Shown here one piece after another: positions 13,309-25,682 of a DNA stretch of 64,000 nucleotides. The notes under the pieces are model-generated. The model was not told where the DNA came from. It searched no databases and saw only the letters and a program-made list of their open reading frames with translations. Made by a program: the position numbers and the translations under genes. The stretch is from the NCBI GenBank assembly GCA_951406725.2, contig OX597823.1, positions 51,956,001 to 52,020,000 of the forward strand. Reading direction: 5' to 3'. The stretch's first letter is position 1. Every line of letters starts with the position of its first letter. Source of the DNA: Octopus vulgaris (lineage: Eukaryota).

Positions 13309-14290
13309 TGAGGATAAGTCAAAAATTTTGCACTCTCCTGATTCTGTAATTTATTAACACAAAAATACAAGTTGAACAATTACATCATTTTCTGACATTG
13401 TGTCCTTGCTTTCTGGCACACTTCTTCCTGTGACCACAATCTTGTTTATTCTATTGAAGGAGAAGGATTTTGGTTGGTCATACAGCCATTTATGTATTGC
13501 TTCCTGTGCTCCTTCTTCCATAGCAAACTGTTGACCACATGTAGAATGTTTGAGCAGTCCAAAAAGACAATAGTCAGAAGTGACAGTATTTGGACTCTAT
13601 GCAGAATGTTCCAGTAACTAGAAATCCAATTTTCCAATAGTTTTAACAGTAGGGACAGACACACGTGGCTGTGTATTGTTATGCAACAGTAACACTTGTT
13701 TTGACAACAGATTGCACATTTGGTGTTAATTACTGGTTTCATTTTGTTGGCCAGCATTTTACTGCAGCCTGCGCTGGCGACGATTGACCATTTTTCCAGG
13801 TAATGATCCAGTACAGGCACTTTCACATCCTAGAATCAGTTAGCATCACTTTTTCTAAGGAACATATAGTCATGAACATTTTTGCTAGCAATTCTGGGTG
13901 TTTCTACCCATAATCTGCCTTTTGGGTTTCAGCTCAAAGTGATAGACTCTTCTTTCATCCCTTGTGACTATTCTCTCCCAAAAATCTTTGCTCTCATTGT
14001 GGTAACAGTTGAGTGAGCATTGACAGATCTCTACACAATTGCATTTACATGCTTTTGTAAGCTCTTTGTACCTATCTCACATAGACTTTATGCTTGTCAT
14101 TGATGACTTTGTATGAAGAACCATGGTTGACTCACAGAGAACTTGCCACCTCATCGATGGTCACCTGTTGCTAACCAGAAACATCTCTAGATTTTGTTGA
14201 TTCCTTGCATCAGTGGTGGAGTTTGCTGGGCATCCTCCACCCTGTTTGTGCTTCATACTTGTCTTTTTTAAACATCTTGGTCCACTGATA
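13309..14290 (-). mobile_element. mariner transposase pseudogene (catalytic region)
   Basis: ORF 13446-13826 (VKVPVLDHYLEK..MLANKMKPVINTK) and adjacent frames resemble the mariner DD34D domain; TIR-like TGAGGATAAGTCAAAAA at the left end. Confidence 0.75.
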
Positions 14291-14714
14291 CACCTAAATC
14301 GGCTCCTCGTTTTGGCTTGTGGATGGCCTGCCTGGGCATACTGTGCTTTCCAGACCTGCAGCCATGTTTGAAGCGATTGTACAACTGCTTGATCTGAGTT
14401 TTGCCCATGGCATCATCACCAAAGGCTTGCTGAATATACTGGCTGGTTTGAGCTTGACTGTCAACAAGCTTTTGACAAAATTTGATGTTATATCTCTTCT
14501 AACTACATTCAGTGAAAAGAAAAATCCAGTGAATATGCACTACATGTCTGTACTCTAGGCACAACTGAGAACTGACGCATTCTATAGGAACAAAAATTTT
14601 CATGCATGTGCAGGAAGGGAACAGGCGTCTTCTCCCGCTCAAAGTATTTTGCCCACATGGCATTATTTTGGAGGGAGAAAATATAGTTGGATAGTTTTTT
14701 AATGCACACCACTG
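14290..14714 (-). mobile_element. mariner 5' end (TIR plus HTH N-terminus)
   Basis: IKFCQKL..IQQAFGDDAMGKTQIKQLYNRFKHG; same family as 60841-61270. Confidence 0.85.
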
Positions 14715-16004
14715 TATGTATTTCCTTTTTGTTTTTTATAATGATTTTTCTTTGTCAGCAGTTCACCTGAAAAGCTTGTCCTGGCACTAGTCTGTTTTTG
14801 TTTGGAAACAATGATGATTAATGAAAGAAACAATATCCTGTTGGAAAATATTCAGCTCAAATCAAACTCATTTGACCCATGTAATAGAGAAATTTGCATT
14901 AAAACAATTGTGATTATGAGGATAATGATAGATATGTGTTTGAATAAAATATATTGTATATATAATATTGTTAGTAGTGATTTTCTGATTGCAGCCTTCC
15001 CATGAAATCCGGGCTTTGCGCAGCTCCTAGCAAACAGTTATGTAAGATTTGCACAAGATATCTTCATGGACAACATTTCTGATTGCCCTTTCTCATACAT
15101 GGTGATCTTTTTTAATTGGGGTATCGTGAGGGATTTTCGTTAATGAATTGCCAAACTTGTTGAATATATTTGAGTGTTCTGAGGGTGTCAGAGCATTGGA
15201 AATTCATTTTGCATTTCAATACAAGTGATACCTTTCAATCAGAGGCGTTAAACTCCCTGCAAACTTTGTAGATGAAACATCTATCGATTTTTAAAAACAA
15301 CCTACCTCCAAAGCACTACTCAGCCTTTAAGGCCTCTTCATTGTCAAGTAAGATGAGTAAATGACATAAGATTAATTTACATACAGTAATAACTCTCAAA
15401 TAGCCTGTACACACAGCATATATAGGTATACACACACACACACATACACACATGCACACATATAATTGCAGGTATGAACTTGGTATTTCTCCAGTTACAT
15501 ATGTTTCTGTATTTGATAATTAATGATGTCACACTGTAAGTATAATCCATGGATGTACTTATAAATGCAGTGAGAGAGTCACATAACTGTGATACACAAT
15601 TAATTAATTTAAATATGTAATTAATCATTATTATTCTAATAAAACACTTGTAAAACACAATTATATTATAAACTCTACATGCAATTTATACTTTTCTGTT
15701 CTCATTCTAAATATGTTGCTTTCTAAGATTATTTTAGCCAGTCATGTAAATACATGCAAGTCAGTCCCACCTGTGTAACAACACCTAGGAGTTTAATGAC
15801 CTGTTGTTAATTGAGCTGTTAATTATTACTGTGGATTTATTTTTGACATCTATACATCGCTTCTCTCTCTCCCTCACTTTCTTTGTCTCTTTGCCTCTCC
15901 CTTTCTCTCTCTCTCTCTCTCTGTATGTATACACACACACATATATATATTTATATATGCATATGCATATAAACATATGCATATATAAATATATATATAT
16001 ACAC

Positions 16005-16061
<57 letters not shown>

Positions 16062-17303
16062 TATGTATACATATGTATATGTATACATATATATATATAT
16101 GTATGTATATATATATATATATACATACATACAGACACACATACAAGCATATGTATATTGTTAAAACACTTTTTATAAGAATAAATTTACATTTATAAAC
16201 ACATACATGTACACCCATATACATTAAGTATATATATATGTGTGTATATATCCATTTATATACACACATACATATACATACATATATACACACCCACATA
16301 CACACACACACACATACATACATACATACATACATACATACATACATACATACACATATACATACATACATACAATATAATATATTTGATACAGAATTAT
16401 ATATATAAGGCTGTATTCTTTTTTCTCAGTGTCTCCATATCTCCGTCTTTGTCTTTCTTAGTCTGTTTGTCTATCTGTCTGTCTGTCTCTGTCTCTCTCG
16501 CTCTCTCTCTCTCACACACACACTCTTTATACACACTCATGCAAACATTTCTGTAACATAATACGTATTAAAGATGAACATAGTTTTGAAATACATAATC
16601 ATATGTTTAAATAAAATGTAAAATTTCATGCGAATCAAAATTTCAAATGAATAATTTGTAAACGTTTTATTTTTGTTCTTTTATTTACTTGATTTGAAGC
16701 TTAAATATTACTACATAAAAGCATCATTCAAGTTTGACAATCATTTTTATTTCAAGCATTTCATTCCATGGATTAAGAAGAATTTTAGCTACAGCAGCAG
16801 TAGCTAATGTTGGCACATTGCAATATTAGATTATATAGAACAAAGCAGATTTCTTAAGAAAATAATTAAAATTAATTCCATGAATGTATTTCTGAAATTG
16901 CAACTGTATCTGTTACCATAATTGGAATTATTATATGATAATTGTATGCATTAACTAGTGTGACCAATGTGCAACAGTTACATAATATATTGGTGGTTGA
17001 TTGTTTAGATGTGTGCATCTATAGACAGGTGTAGGTGTGAATATTTGGTGGGTGTGTCCAGAGGCGCATTTATTAGGGAAACATGTATTTACACATACAA
17101 ATGTAGTATATATATATATGTATATACAGATTTACATATACAAACAAACATGCACATATATATATATATGATTTTAAAATACATACGTATAAGCATCTGT
17201 GCATGTATATGTGTGTGTTTGTGTGTAGAGCATTTACAAAGTGTTTATTTGAATTTTTGTGTGTATATGTACAATATAACTATTATTTTGCATTTCTATT
17301 TTA

Positions 17304-17434
17304 ATTCTTCTTCTTCTTCTTCTTCTTCTTCTTCTTCTTCTTCTTCTTCTTCTTCTTCTTCTCATTACTATCATCATCATTATTATTATTGTTATTGTTG
17401 TTGTTTTTGTTGTTGTTGTTGTTATTATTATTAC

Positions 17435-17465
<31 letters not shown>

Positions 17466-17710
17466 AATAATAATAATAATAATAATAATGATGATGATGA
17501 TGATAGTAATAATAATGATGATGATGATGATGATGATAATGATAGTAATAATAATGATGATGATGATGATAATGATAATAATAATAGTGATGATGATGAT
17601 GATAATGATAATAATTATAATGATGATGATAATAATAATAATAATGATGATGATGATAATGATAGTAATAATAGTAATAATAATAATAATAATGATAATA
17701 ATAATAATAA
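17304..17710. repeat. Compound trinucleotide microsatellite (TTC)n-(TTR)n-(TRA)n
   Basis: Directly visible. Confidence 0.95.
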
Positions 17711-17890
17711 GGCGGCAAGCTGGCAGAATCATTAGTATGCCAGGCAAAATGCTTAGCAGTATTCTGCCAATGTTGACTTTACCTTTCATCCTTTCTTTCA
17801 GGGTTGATAAAATAAGTACCAATTGAGTACTGGGTTTGATGTATTCAACTATCCTCCTCCCCCAAGTTTTAGGCACAAGGCCTGAAATTT
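17710..17890 (+). mobile_element. SINE family C with internal deletion
   Basis: AGGCGGCAAGCTGGCAGAATC..GTTGACTTTACCTTTCATCC..AATAAGTACC. Confidence 0.85.
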
Positions 17891-18210
17891 GAGGGAGGAG
17901 GATTATTATTATTATAAGGATTATTGTTATTATAAGGATTATTATTATCATCATTATCAATAATTTTGATATGCCACTTTGTTTTTTGTATGTACCTGAC
18001 ATTGTTAAAAGAAATTTTGCTGCTTAAATAAAAATTTTCGATTATGTCTCCTGGAATTTTTGGAAGAGATTTGAAACTGCCACCTATGTGTTGTATTAAC
18101 TACTTCTCAACACTCATGCCTACTGGGCCACTGAAGCAACAACTGGCTTAATGAGAAGAAATTAAGATACTTAAATTTGATGTGTGTGCTGAGCAAGGGA
18201 GAGAGGATGT

Positions 18211-18246
<36 letters not shown>

Positions 18247-18353
18247 GGCATGAAACAGAGTGGCTGATAGGTATTTGAATTCCTTTCGACAATTGAACAA
18301 AAATTGACACCTAGTTATTAAACAACCAACCAACCACACATACACACACACAA

Positions 18354-18397
<44 letters not shown>

Positions 18398-18685
18398 ATT
18401 TGGTTTAGGTCTTCTACCCATTTGAATTCAGCCATACACCAGATAACAATGTTGTTGCTGAAATGCCAACATCAAACCGCTATACCACATGACCTTTCCC
18501 AACCAATCACTCTCATTCAGACCCCAGTGGCAGAAGACTAGCCACATGCTTGAAACTCACAGTACCAAGGAGTCTGAATCAAACTGCTTTGATCTATAGA
18601 TGTAACTCCCAATGAATTTGTTCTTTAATTTGTCTAATCACTCATGTATGCATATATTTTTTCTCTCCTTGTTTTTTTCTGTGTA

Positions 18686-18723
18686 TCTTTCTGTCGAAGA
18701 GCGTAGGCTCGAAACGTAAAAGA
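18686..18723 (+). ncRNA. Minimal hammerhead-like motif (H1, CUGUCGA core) in element 18640-18815
   Basis: UCUUU CUGUCGA A GAGC GUAG GCUC GAAA CG UA AAAGA. Confidence 0.7.
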
Positions 18724-18894
18724 CTTTTTCTATTCCTGAGCGCTATACTAATACATTTGTTTGTTTGTACACCTCCTGCCTTCGTCTTTTGTTTCTTTTC
18801 GTAAACTTTCCCTTTATATATATATATATATTCACAAACACATGTACACATGTAAATTTATATTATGTATGTATATATTTATATATATATATAT

Positions 18895-18937
<43 letters not shown>

Positions 18938-18943
<6 letters not shown>

Positions 18944-19110
18944 ATCCAAACATGAACAAAGAGAAAACACAACAACGTGAGGACGTGGAAAGAAAGGAGG
19001 AGGATTTAACGTTTCGAGCGGAGCTTTTTGTCAAAAACATAGAAAAAGGAAAGGTCCAATGAAGGGAAGACGGAGAAAGAAAATCGCCAATGATACACAT
19101 GCTGTCACAT
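18938..19110 (-). mobile_element. Short hammerhead-bearing element (family H2); degenerate core at 19004-19038
   Basis: Homologous to 47215-47408 and 55930-56142; GCUCCGCUCGAAACGUUAAA retained. Confidence 0.7.
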
Positions 19111-19121
19111 ATTGAAGTGGT

Positions 19122-19152
<31 letters not shown>

Positions 19153-19875
19153 ACACACATATATATACCTACATATACAGATACATATATTTATACACAC
19201 ATATTTATACTCACTCTTGTTTGTACATAAATGTATTTCGAGATATCCATCTAACCCATGCCAGCATGGAAAAAAGGAATAAATGTAAAATGATGAAGAT
19301 GGGTGTATTGATAGGGATTTATTTATATCCAACCATATTTAAACATTTATATACACATTTATTTATACTCATATTAATACTCAAACATATACATATGTAT
19401 ACATGTGCAAAATTATAGAAGCACACAGATACACAAATATTTATGTCCACATATTCAGGCATACACACACTGTAATTAACATATTTATAAGTCTGTTTAT
19501 TTATTCATACATAATTGCAACAAACATTTCTGGAAATGTTTGCACATACTTATTATACATAGACACACTTCTTATTACCTACATATTTATACTAATACAC
19601 ACACACACACACACATATATATACAGATTTATTTGAATACACACATGCACATGAACTATCATATTTATACAAACCTATTTATGAGCAAATTTTTACATGC
19701 ATTTATGCATACAGCTGTAAACTGCATAAAGATATTTACATGCATATTTATAGAAACACTTATTTATACATATATTTTCAAGCACACACAAACCGACACG
19801 CACATTCACATATATAGGTAGCCATATTTATTTATACATCTTTAAATGCACATTTTCACAAAAATTATATTTCTA

Positions 19876-20170
19876 CAGGTGTGGCTACATGGTAAGATGT
19901 TTGCTTCCCAACCACATGGTTCTGAGTTCAGTCCTACTCTGTAGCACCTTGGGAAAATTGTTTTCTTCTGTAGCTTTGGGCAACCAGCCAAAACTTTATG
20001 AGTGGATTTAGTTGATGGAAACTGAAAGAAGCCTATTGTATATATACGTGGGGGAGGCACATGTGTGTATGTGTCTTTGTATCAGTTTGTCCCCTGCAAC
20101 TGCTTGACAACTGTTGTAATTTAGGCTCCTGTAATTTAGTAGTTCAGCATAAGTGACTGAGAGAATAAGA
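19876..20170 (+). mobile_element. SINE family A
   Basis: Head and part of the tail match the family consensus. Confidence 0.8.
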
Positions 20171-20174
20171 GTGT

Positions 20175-20733
20175 TTGTGTGTCAATCTGAGAACATGTAC
20201 CAAGAATGATAAAAATCAAACATCCATTCAACATCAAGGTGTTTCTAGTGATCACTAGTGATGACAATGTTATTCCTCCATAGGGAAAACCCTATGGCTG
20301 GCAGCAGGACTCTGCACCATGCCACAAGACCAAGAGAACCATGTCATGGTTGTCAGACAATTTCTGTGACCACACTACCCTAACATCTGGCCACTTAACT
20401 CCCCAGACTGTAATACCTTTGATTATTATGTGTGAGGCACAGCTGAGCAGGAGACTAACAAAACTCCTTGTAACACCAAAGATGAACTGAGAGCAAGGAT
20501 TATGACAGCATTCACCAACTTAAACCAGGAGACTGTCCAGAAGAGTTGCAGGAGAGTCCAAAGTTGTCTGGTGGCCATGGTTGAAGCCAATGGTGATTTT
20601 ATTGAATAAATTTCCTCTTTAGCATTTCAAAATATTCTTATGTAATTTAAGTAAATATATCTGTTAAAATGAGATGTCAGTGTTATTTTCATTTTGTGTA
20701 ATTTAGACAACAATATACTCACTGTACCCTACA
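20175..20733 (+). mobile_element. Tc1/mariner DD37D (maT-type) transposase 3' fragment
   Basis: GKPYGWQQDSAPCH...WPLNSPDCNTFDYYV*G...VEANGDFIE*; 37 residues between the last two Asp after correcting one frameshift. Confidence 0.85.
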
Positions 20734-20924
20734 TATGCATATAAATATATAGACACACACACATACATGCACACACATACACACACACACACATGCACAC
20801 ACATACACACACACACACTACATACAGCACGTGCTCACATGTATATATGTTGTGCCTAATATAAATGTTCATGATATTCTCTCAAAAAAGAAAATTTGCT
20901 CCTCAAATGCTAATGTGAGAAATT

Positions 20925-20937
20925 ATTATCATTATTA

Positions 20938-21002
<65 letters not shown>

Positions 21003-21032
21003 TGCATTCTTATTATTCTTATCATTATTATT
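20925..21032. repeat. (TTA)n microsatellite
   Basis: Directly visible. Confidence 0.95.
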
Positions 21033-21524
21033 GAAATTTGTTTATATATTTATTCGCTTTGGAATTCAACCCTAGTTCATTTGTGTTGATTTTGTTGTTG
21101 GGCAGAAATTGCACGAATACTAAATGAAACTGTTAGATTGCTAAAATAGGTGTCACAGGCCTGCTGAGATTCTCAGCCAGCCAACCCCGTTACACACTCA
21201 TTGGCACCTAAACAATCTACACACATTCCATTTGAGTTGGTTGAAAAAGGCTGCAAGGTGTATGACAATTATATTTAGCTAACTGCTTATGGTAATATAT
21301 TTGCATGAAAATATGCATACAAAAATAACTGTATCTAAGTGTGAAGATGTGAATGTACTTTTGATGCTGAGTCCAAAAGTCTGTATATTAACAGATATAT
21401 ACACGTATAGCTATCTATCTATCTATATGTCTGTCTGTTTGTCTGTCTATCCATCTATCTCTTCCTCTCCCTAATTCGCTCTCTTTATTCTTTGTTTGTA
21501 GCTTTAACAAAAATGTGTATATGC

Positions 21525-21526
<2 letters not shown>

Positions 21527-21581
<55 letters not shown>

Positions 21582-21643
21582 TAATAATAATAATGATAAT
21601 AATAATGATAATGATAATAATAATAATGATAATAATTATGATG

Positions 21644-21693
<50 letters not shown>

Positions 21694-21703
21694 TAATAAT
21701 AAT
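21527..21703. repeat. (TAA/TGA)n microsatellite
   Basis: Directly visible. Confidence 0.95.
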
Positions 21704-22257
21704 GCCCTGACGCAGTACCAGGCAGTGGCTCTCATGGCTTCTGATCTTAACTGATTGGAAGTGTTATCATGTACATTGTTTTGTCTTGGTATAAAAGATG
21801 GGCTACAGCAAATATTCTGCTCAATACCACAGATTTGCTTGTCAGTTGTTTGACCTTAACCAGTTGAGCATGTCCCTTAGTGGCTGACGATATGTGCATC
21901 TCTGATCACAAGCAGAAGTAGTGGGGGAGCATCATAGCCATGTGTTGAGAGGGATTCTTTGGGGTTTGAATAGTTCACCTATGGAAACATGGGTGGTTTT
22001 TTCAACATCCTTAAACAACCCTTATTCAGGGACCGTTTGAGCGGGATGGGCTACTCAACTTGAAGAAAATTCTAACTGGGCCCCACCTGCAAGGTCATGT
22101 GCTGTTTATCTTGATATGAGATCACCATGTCGCGCACATATGGTTGTGATGCATGTGCCTGGTATACCCTTATCAGACGGGTAGTCATGATGGGTATATT
22201 GGGCTTCGTATATTTTACCCCAGTGTCACTTTGATGGCATGAACTGCTCTCTCACTC
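21704..22257. mobile_element. Unclassified ~555-bp insertion within (AAT)n
   Basis: Complex, GC-richer block with sharp edges and AAT repeats on both sides; no TIRs or ORF. Confidence 0.55.
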
Positions 22258-22284
22258 AATAATAATAATAATAATAATGATATG

Positions 22285-22495
22285 AGGGAATATTATTCCA
22301 AACTTACAGGGAAAAATTCAATTTAGTAATACTAAATCAAATTTCACAAAATATAATATATATATATATAAATTAGAAAAAAACCCACCTTTTATCAATT
22401 CAATAATGAAAAATTAAATTATACCATCTAGAAAATTACAAATTATAGAAAGATTAAATATAAGATAAAACATATACTGATGATTAAGTATATAT
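22285..22495 (-). mobile_element. PLE-type terminal fragment (family H3)
   Basis: TCCAAACTTACAGGGAAAAATTCAATTTAG shared with 8868-8945, 30675-30800, 46775-47172 and 57750-57790 (reverse). Confidence 0.65.
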
Positions 22496-22499
22496 ATAT

Positions 22500-22557
<58 letters not shown>

Positions 22558-22725
22558 TGTCCACTCTGCAGGGTGATTGGTGTTAGGAAGGGCATCCAGT
22601 AATAAAAACCATGCCAAAACAGACACAAAAGCCTGGTATAGTCTTCTGCCTGGCTGGCTCTGGTCAAACCATGCTGCCCATACCATCATGGAAGGTGGGC
22701 ATTAAGCAATGATGATGGTGAATGA
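22558..22725 (+). mobile_element. RTE-like 3' end
   Basis: TTGGTGTTAGGAAGGGCATCCAG..CATGGAAGGTGGGCATTAAGCAATGATGATG. Confidence 0.7.
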
Positions 22726-23265
22726 TATACATACATGCATACAAAGTTATTAGTGAAGGATTATCAATCCTGACAAAACACTCTTTAAGCTCTCTGTTAG
22801 TATGTCATGCTAACAATATTGTTTACATTAGTAAAGAACTCCATGCGTTCTTTCTACAATAAAGAAAAATGTTATGACTATTATTTTCACCTTGCCTTTT
22901 ATATATATATATACACACATGTTTATCAATTTGAGTTGCAAGATTCCTGATGTGAAATTGTGTATTGAAACAGATATTGTATTTCAGGATGGTCTTATTT
23001 TGCCAAATAAACATACGCACTACATATATTTCTTCACTCATTTATTACTGTTCTTATTTTATTATTTTAATTCATGTCCATTGTCCAGACATCTTTCTTC
23101 ACACATCTGTGTCCTCTTCAGCGGAACTTTTCACTTCGTGTGTTCTTGCTCCACTTACTCCAGAAAGAGAAAATTATTACTCATGAAAGATAATAATACT
23201 TGTGGCTGCGAGCATAAAACTGTGTAGGCAAAATTAATAGATATATATATTGGAATATATATAAA

Positions 23266-23460
23266 ATTAGGGCACCAACAAGCACCAGCTTAGCTAAAAA
23301 TAGGAGTCATAAACACCTCAAAGCCACAAGAATTAACATTAAATTTTTATAGGCATGGTTCAAAAAAACTAAGTGAATAAGTAAGGATTGCAGCTTACCT
23401 CTTCAAAATTGTGTTTATAATTCCTATTTTAGCTAAGCTGGTGCTTCTTATCACCCTGAT
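23266..23460. repeat. Inverted repeat, ~50-bp arms
   Basis: AAGCACCAGCTTAGCTAAAAATAGGA..ATAAACAC versus GTGTTTAT..TCCTATTTTAGCTAAGCTGGTGCTT. Confidence 0.85.
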
Positions 23461-23462
23461 AT

Positions 23463-23505
<43 letters not shown>

Positions 23506-23530
23506 GCACACACATATATATATATATATA

Positions 23531-24144
23531 TAATTAAGGGTTTAGCAACAAGTTGCTTCACCACATATTGAAAATTTTGAAATAGCAGCCAAAAACAGCT
23601 TATTCCTTGTAACTACAAATATGACTCCACAGAAAACAATATTTGTAACTCACATAGGCAAAAAGAAGAAAAAATAACGAAATCAAACAGTCTACAATTA
23701 ATTATGGACGCGTTTCTGGATTAGAATTATACAAATTCGTTTCCTTCATCGGCATAATATTTTGAGAATTATAAACTTAAAAATGGTAAAAAACCTACCC
23801 TTTGCATCTTCGACCAAGCACAATCGAAACATAACACAAGGTAGTCAGCACTTCCAAATTTATATAGATGAGTGATTTCATATTTTCCCTCCAAGATTAC
23901 CATGTGCGACACAAGATAGTACCACAGAAAAAAACTGCAGTTTGCCATCAGGGAGTGAAATAATCATTACAGATATAGGGTAAAGAATTATTAATTTAAT
24001 AATTAATAAATTTTACCAAGTAGTTTCGGTATGGAAAAAAACCATTATCGGTAAAACTTGTACAAAAAGGTTTTTATATAATTATAAATATAATTAAGGG
24101 TTTAGCAGCAAGTTGCTTCATTACATACCGAAAATTTTGAAATA
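23531..24144 (-). mobile_element. 560-nt unit with 54-nt terminal direct repeat, containing a hammerhead
   Basis: TAATTAAGGGTTTAGCA..GAAAATTTTGAAATA at 23531 and 24091; flanked by (TA)n. Confidence 0.7.
23701..23758 (-). ncRNA. Type I hammerhead motif, slightly degenerate
   Basis: AUUAUG CCGAUGA AGGA..GAAUU/AAUUC..UCCA GAAA CGCG UC CAUAAU: 6-bp helix I, palindromic helix III, GUC site, U4C change. Confidence 0.7.
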
Positions 24145-24208
24145 TATATAGCAAATTAATAAGTAAATAAATAGATAAATAAATATAAATGAGTGTAAAA
24201 ATACTAAA

Positions 24209-24352
24209 CTCTTACAGTTGTTTCTACTATGGGATTGTCCAATCTTCCAAGTTTTCCACATCACACCAATGATATATGGGAATTTTACAAAGGTTGAACA
24301 AACATTGGACAGGGGTTGGACAATGGTTGAGCCCCAAGGCTTCATCAGAGAG
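24209..24352 (-). ncRNA. Hammerhead motif with long helix II insert
   Basis: CUCU CUGAUGA [117 nt including UGGG/CCCA and AUUGUCCAA/UUGGACAAU] GAAA CAACUG UA AGAG. Confidence 0.55.
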
Positions 24353-24845
24353 ACCAGATGTTAGGAAACTAACATGTGGGGAAGTAAGTTAAAATGGTAA
24401 TGTAAAATAGATAAAAAAAATGATATAATAGAAATAGTAAGCAATGGCAAGAACGTCATTTAAAGGAGCTATCATAATCCATGCTATTACATCTTATGGT
24501 AAAGAAAGTCACTTCCAGGAGGAATTTCCGCCTTCGTACATTCATTTATTCTTATTTGTTTATTTGGATCACATATACATATATAAAAAGATATAACTGA
24601 ATGTTTACAGGCTGACGTTTGTCAATTGTTTATCCCCTCCATTTTTTGATTTGCACTATATACATATATATATCTATATATAAACAATATGGTACCCTTA
24701 TTTAATCAGAATTTGGAAATTTGTGGCCTTTGAAACATGTGTAGAATGTAATAAAAGGAATTCTGTACAATCTTCGTTCAACTCCATTTCTTCCATTCAA
24801 TAATAATACTATCTATATATATATATATATATGTAAGTATGTATG

Positions 24846-24877
<32 letters not shown>

Positions 24878-25061
24878 GATATATATGTATATGTATACAT
24901 ATGTGTATACATATATATATACATGTCCTGATACTGTTGGTATCTACTTATCAAATTTGAGTGCAATCGGATAGAGGATGCTTGAGATCCTAGAAGACAC
25001 ACACACACACACACAGAATGGATTTTATATAATATATATATATATGTCTATACATGTGAGA

Positions 25062-25102
<41 letters not shown>

Positions 25103-25350
25103 ATCTTTTTTATACTTCACTCATTAGATAGGTGCCATACTGGGGCAGTGACTTGAAGAATCTACCTCAGTACTTATTTTCTTTTTTGAAGCCTATTTGC
25201 TATTCTATAAATATATACATTGATAAGTATTATTTATAAAGGTGTAGCTCCAGGTATGGTTGTATGGGCAAGTGTCTTCAACTATAGCACCAGGCTATCT
25301 AATGTCTTGTGGGTCACATTAGTTGTCAGACACTCTCAGAAACTCATTAC

Positions 25351-25383
<33 letters not shown>

Positions 25384-25489
25384 TGTATGTATGTATGTAT
25401 GCATGCATGCATGTATGCGTGTATGCATGCATGAATATTTGTGTGTATATGTTTGTTTCATTGTTCTGACATTGAGTGATTTTTTTTGA

Positions 25490-25682
25490 ACGTCAGTCAT
25501 TTCCTGTATCCTATGAATACGTGTCAGCTAACCGGGGAAATATTACCTTGCTTGAAGACAGGTAAGTGTTGGCATCAGGAATGGCACCCATCTATAGAAA
25601 ATCTGTGAAAATAAACTTCATCTGATCCATGAAAGCATGGGAAATTGGATGCCAAAATGATGTAGATAATAAAAATGATGAT
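25490..25682 (+). mobile_element. RTE-related 3' tail
   Basis: GTTGGCATCAGGAATGGCACCCA..CCATGAAAGCATGGGAAATTGGATG..GATGATG. Confidence 0.55.

Noticed and set aside
17009-18002. Long poly-Ile/Asn/Lys/Tyr ORFs
   Set aside because: Trinucleotide microsatellite plus SINE sequence
24590-24760. GAAACATGTGTAG half-motif (also at 48381)
   Set aside because: No matching CUGANGA box or helix I could be found
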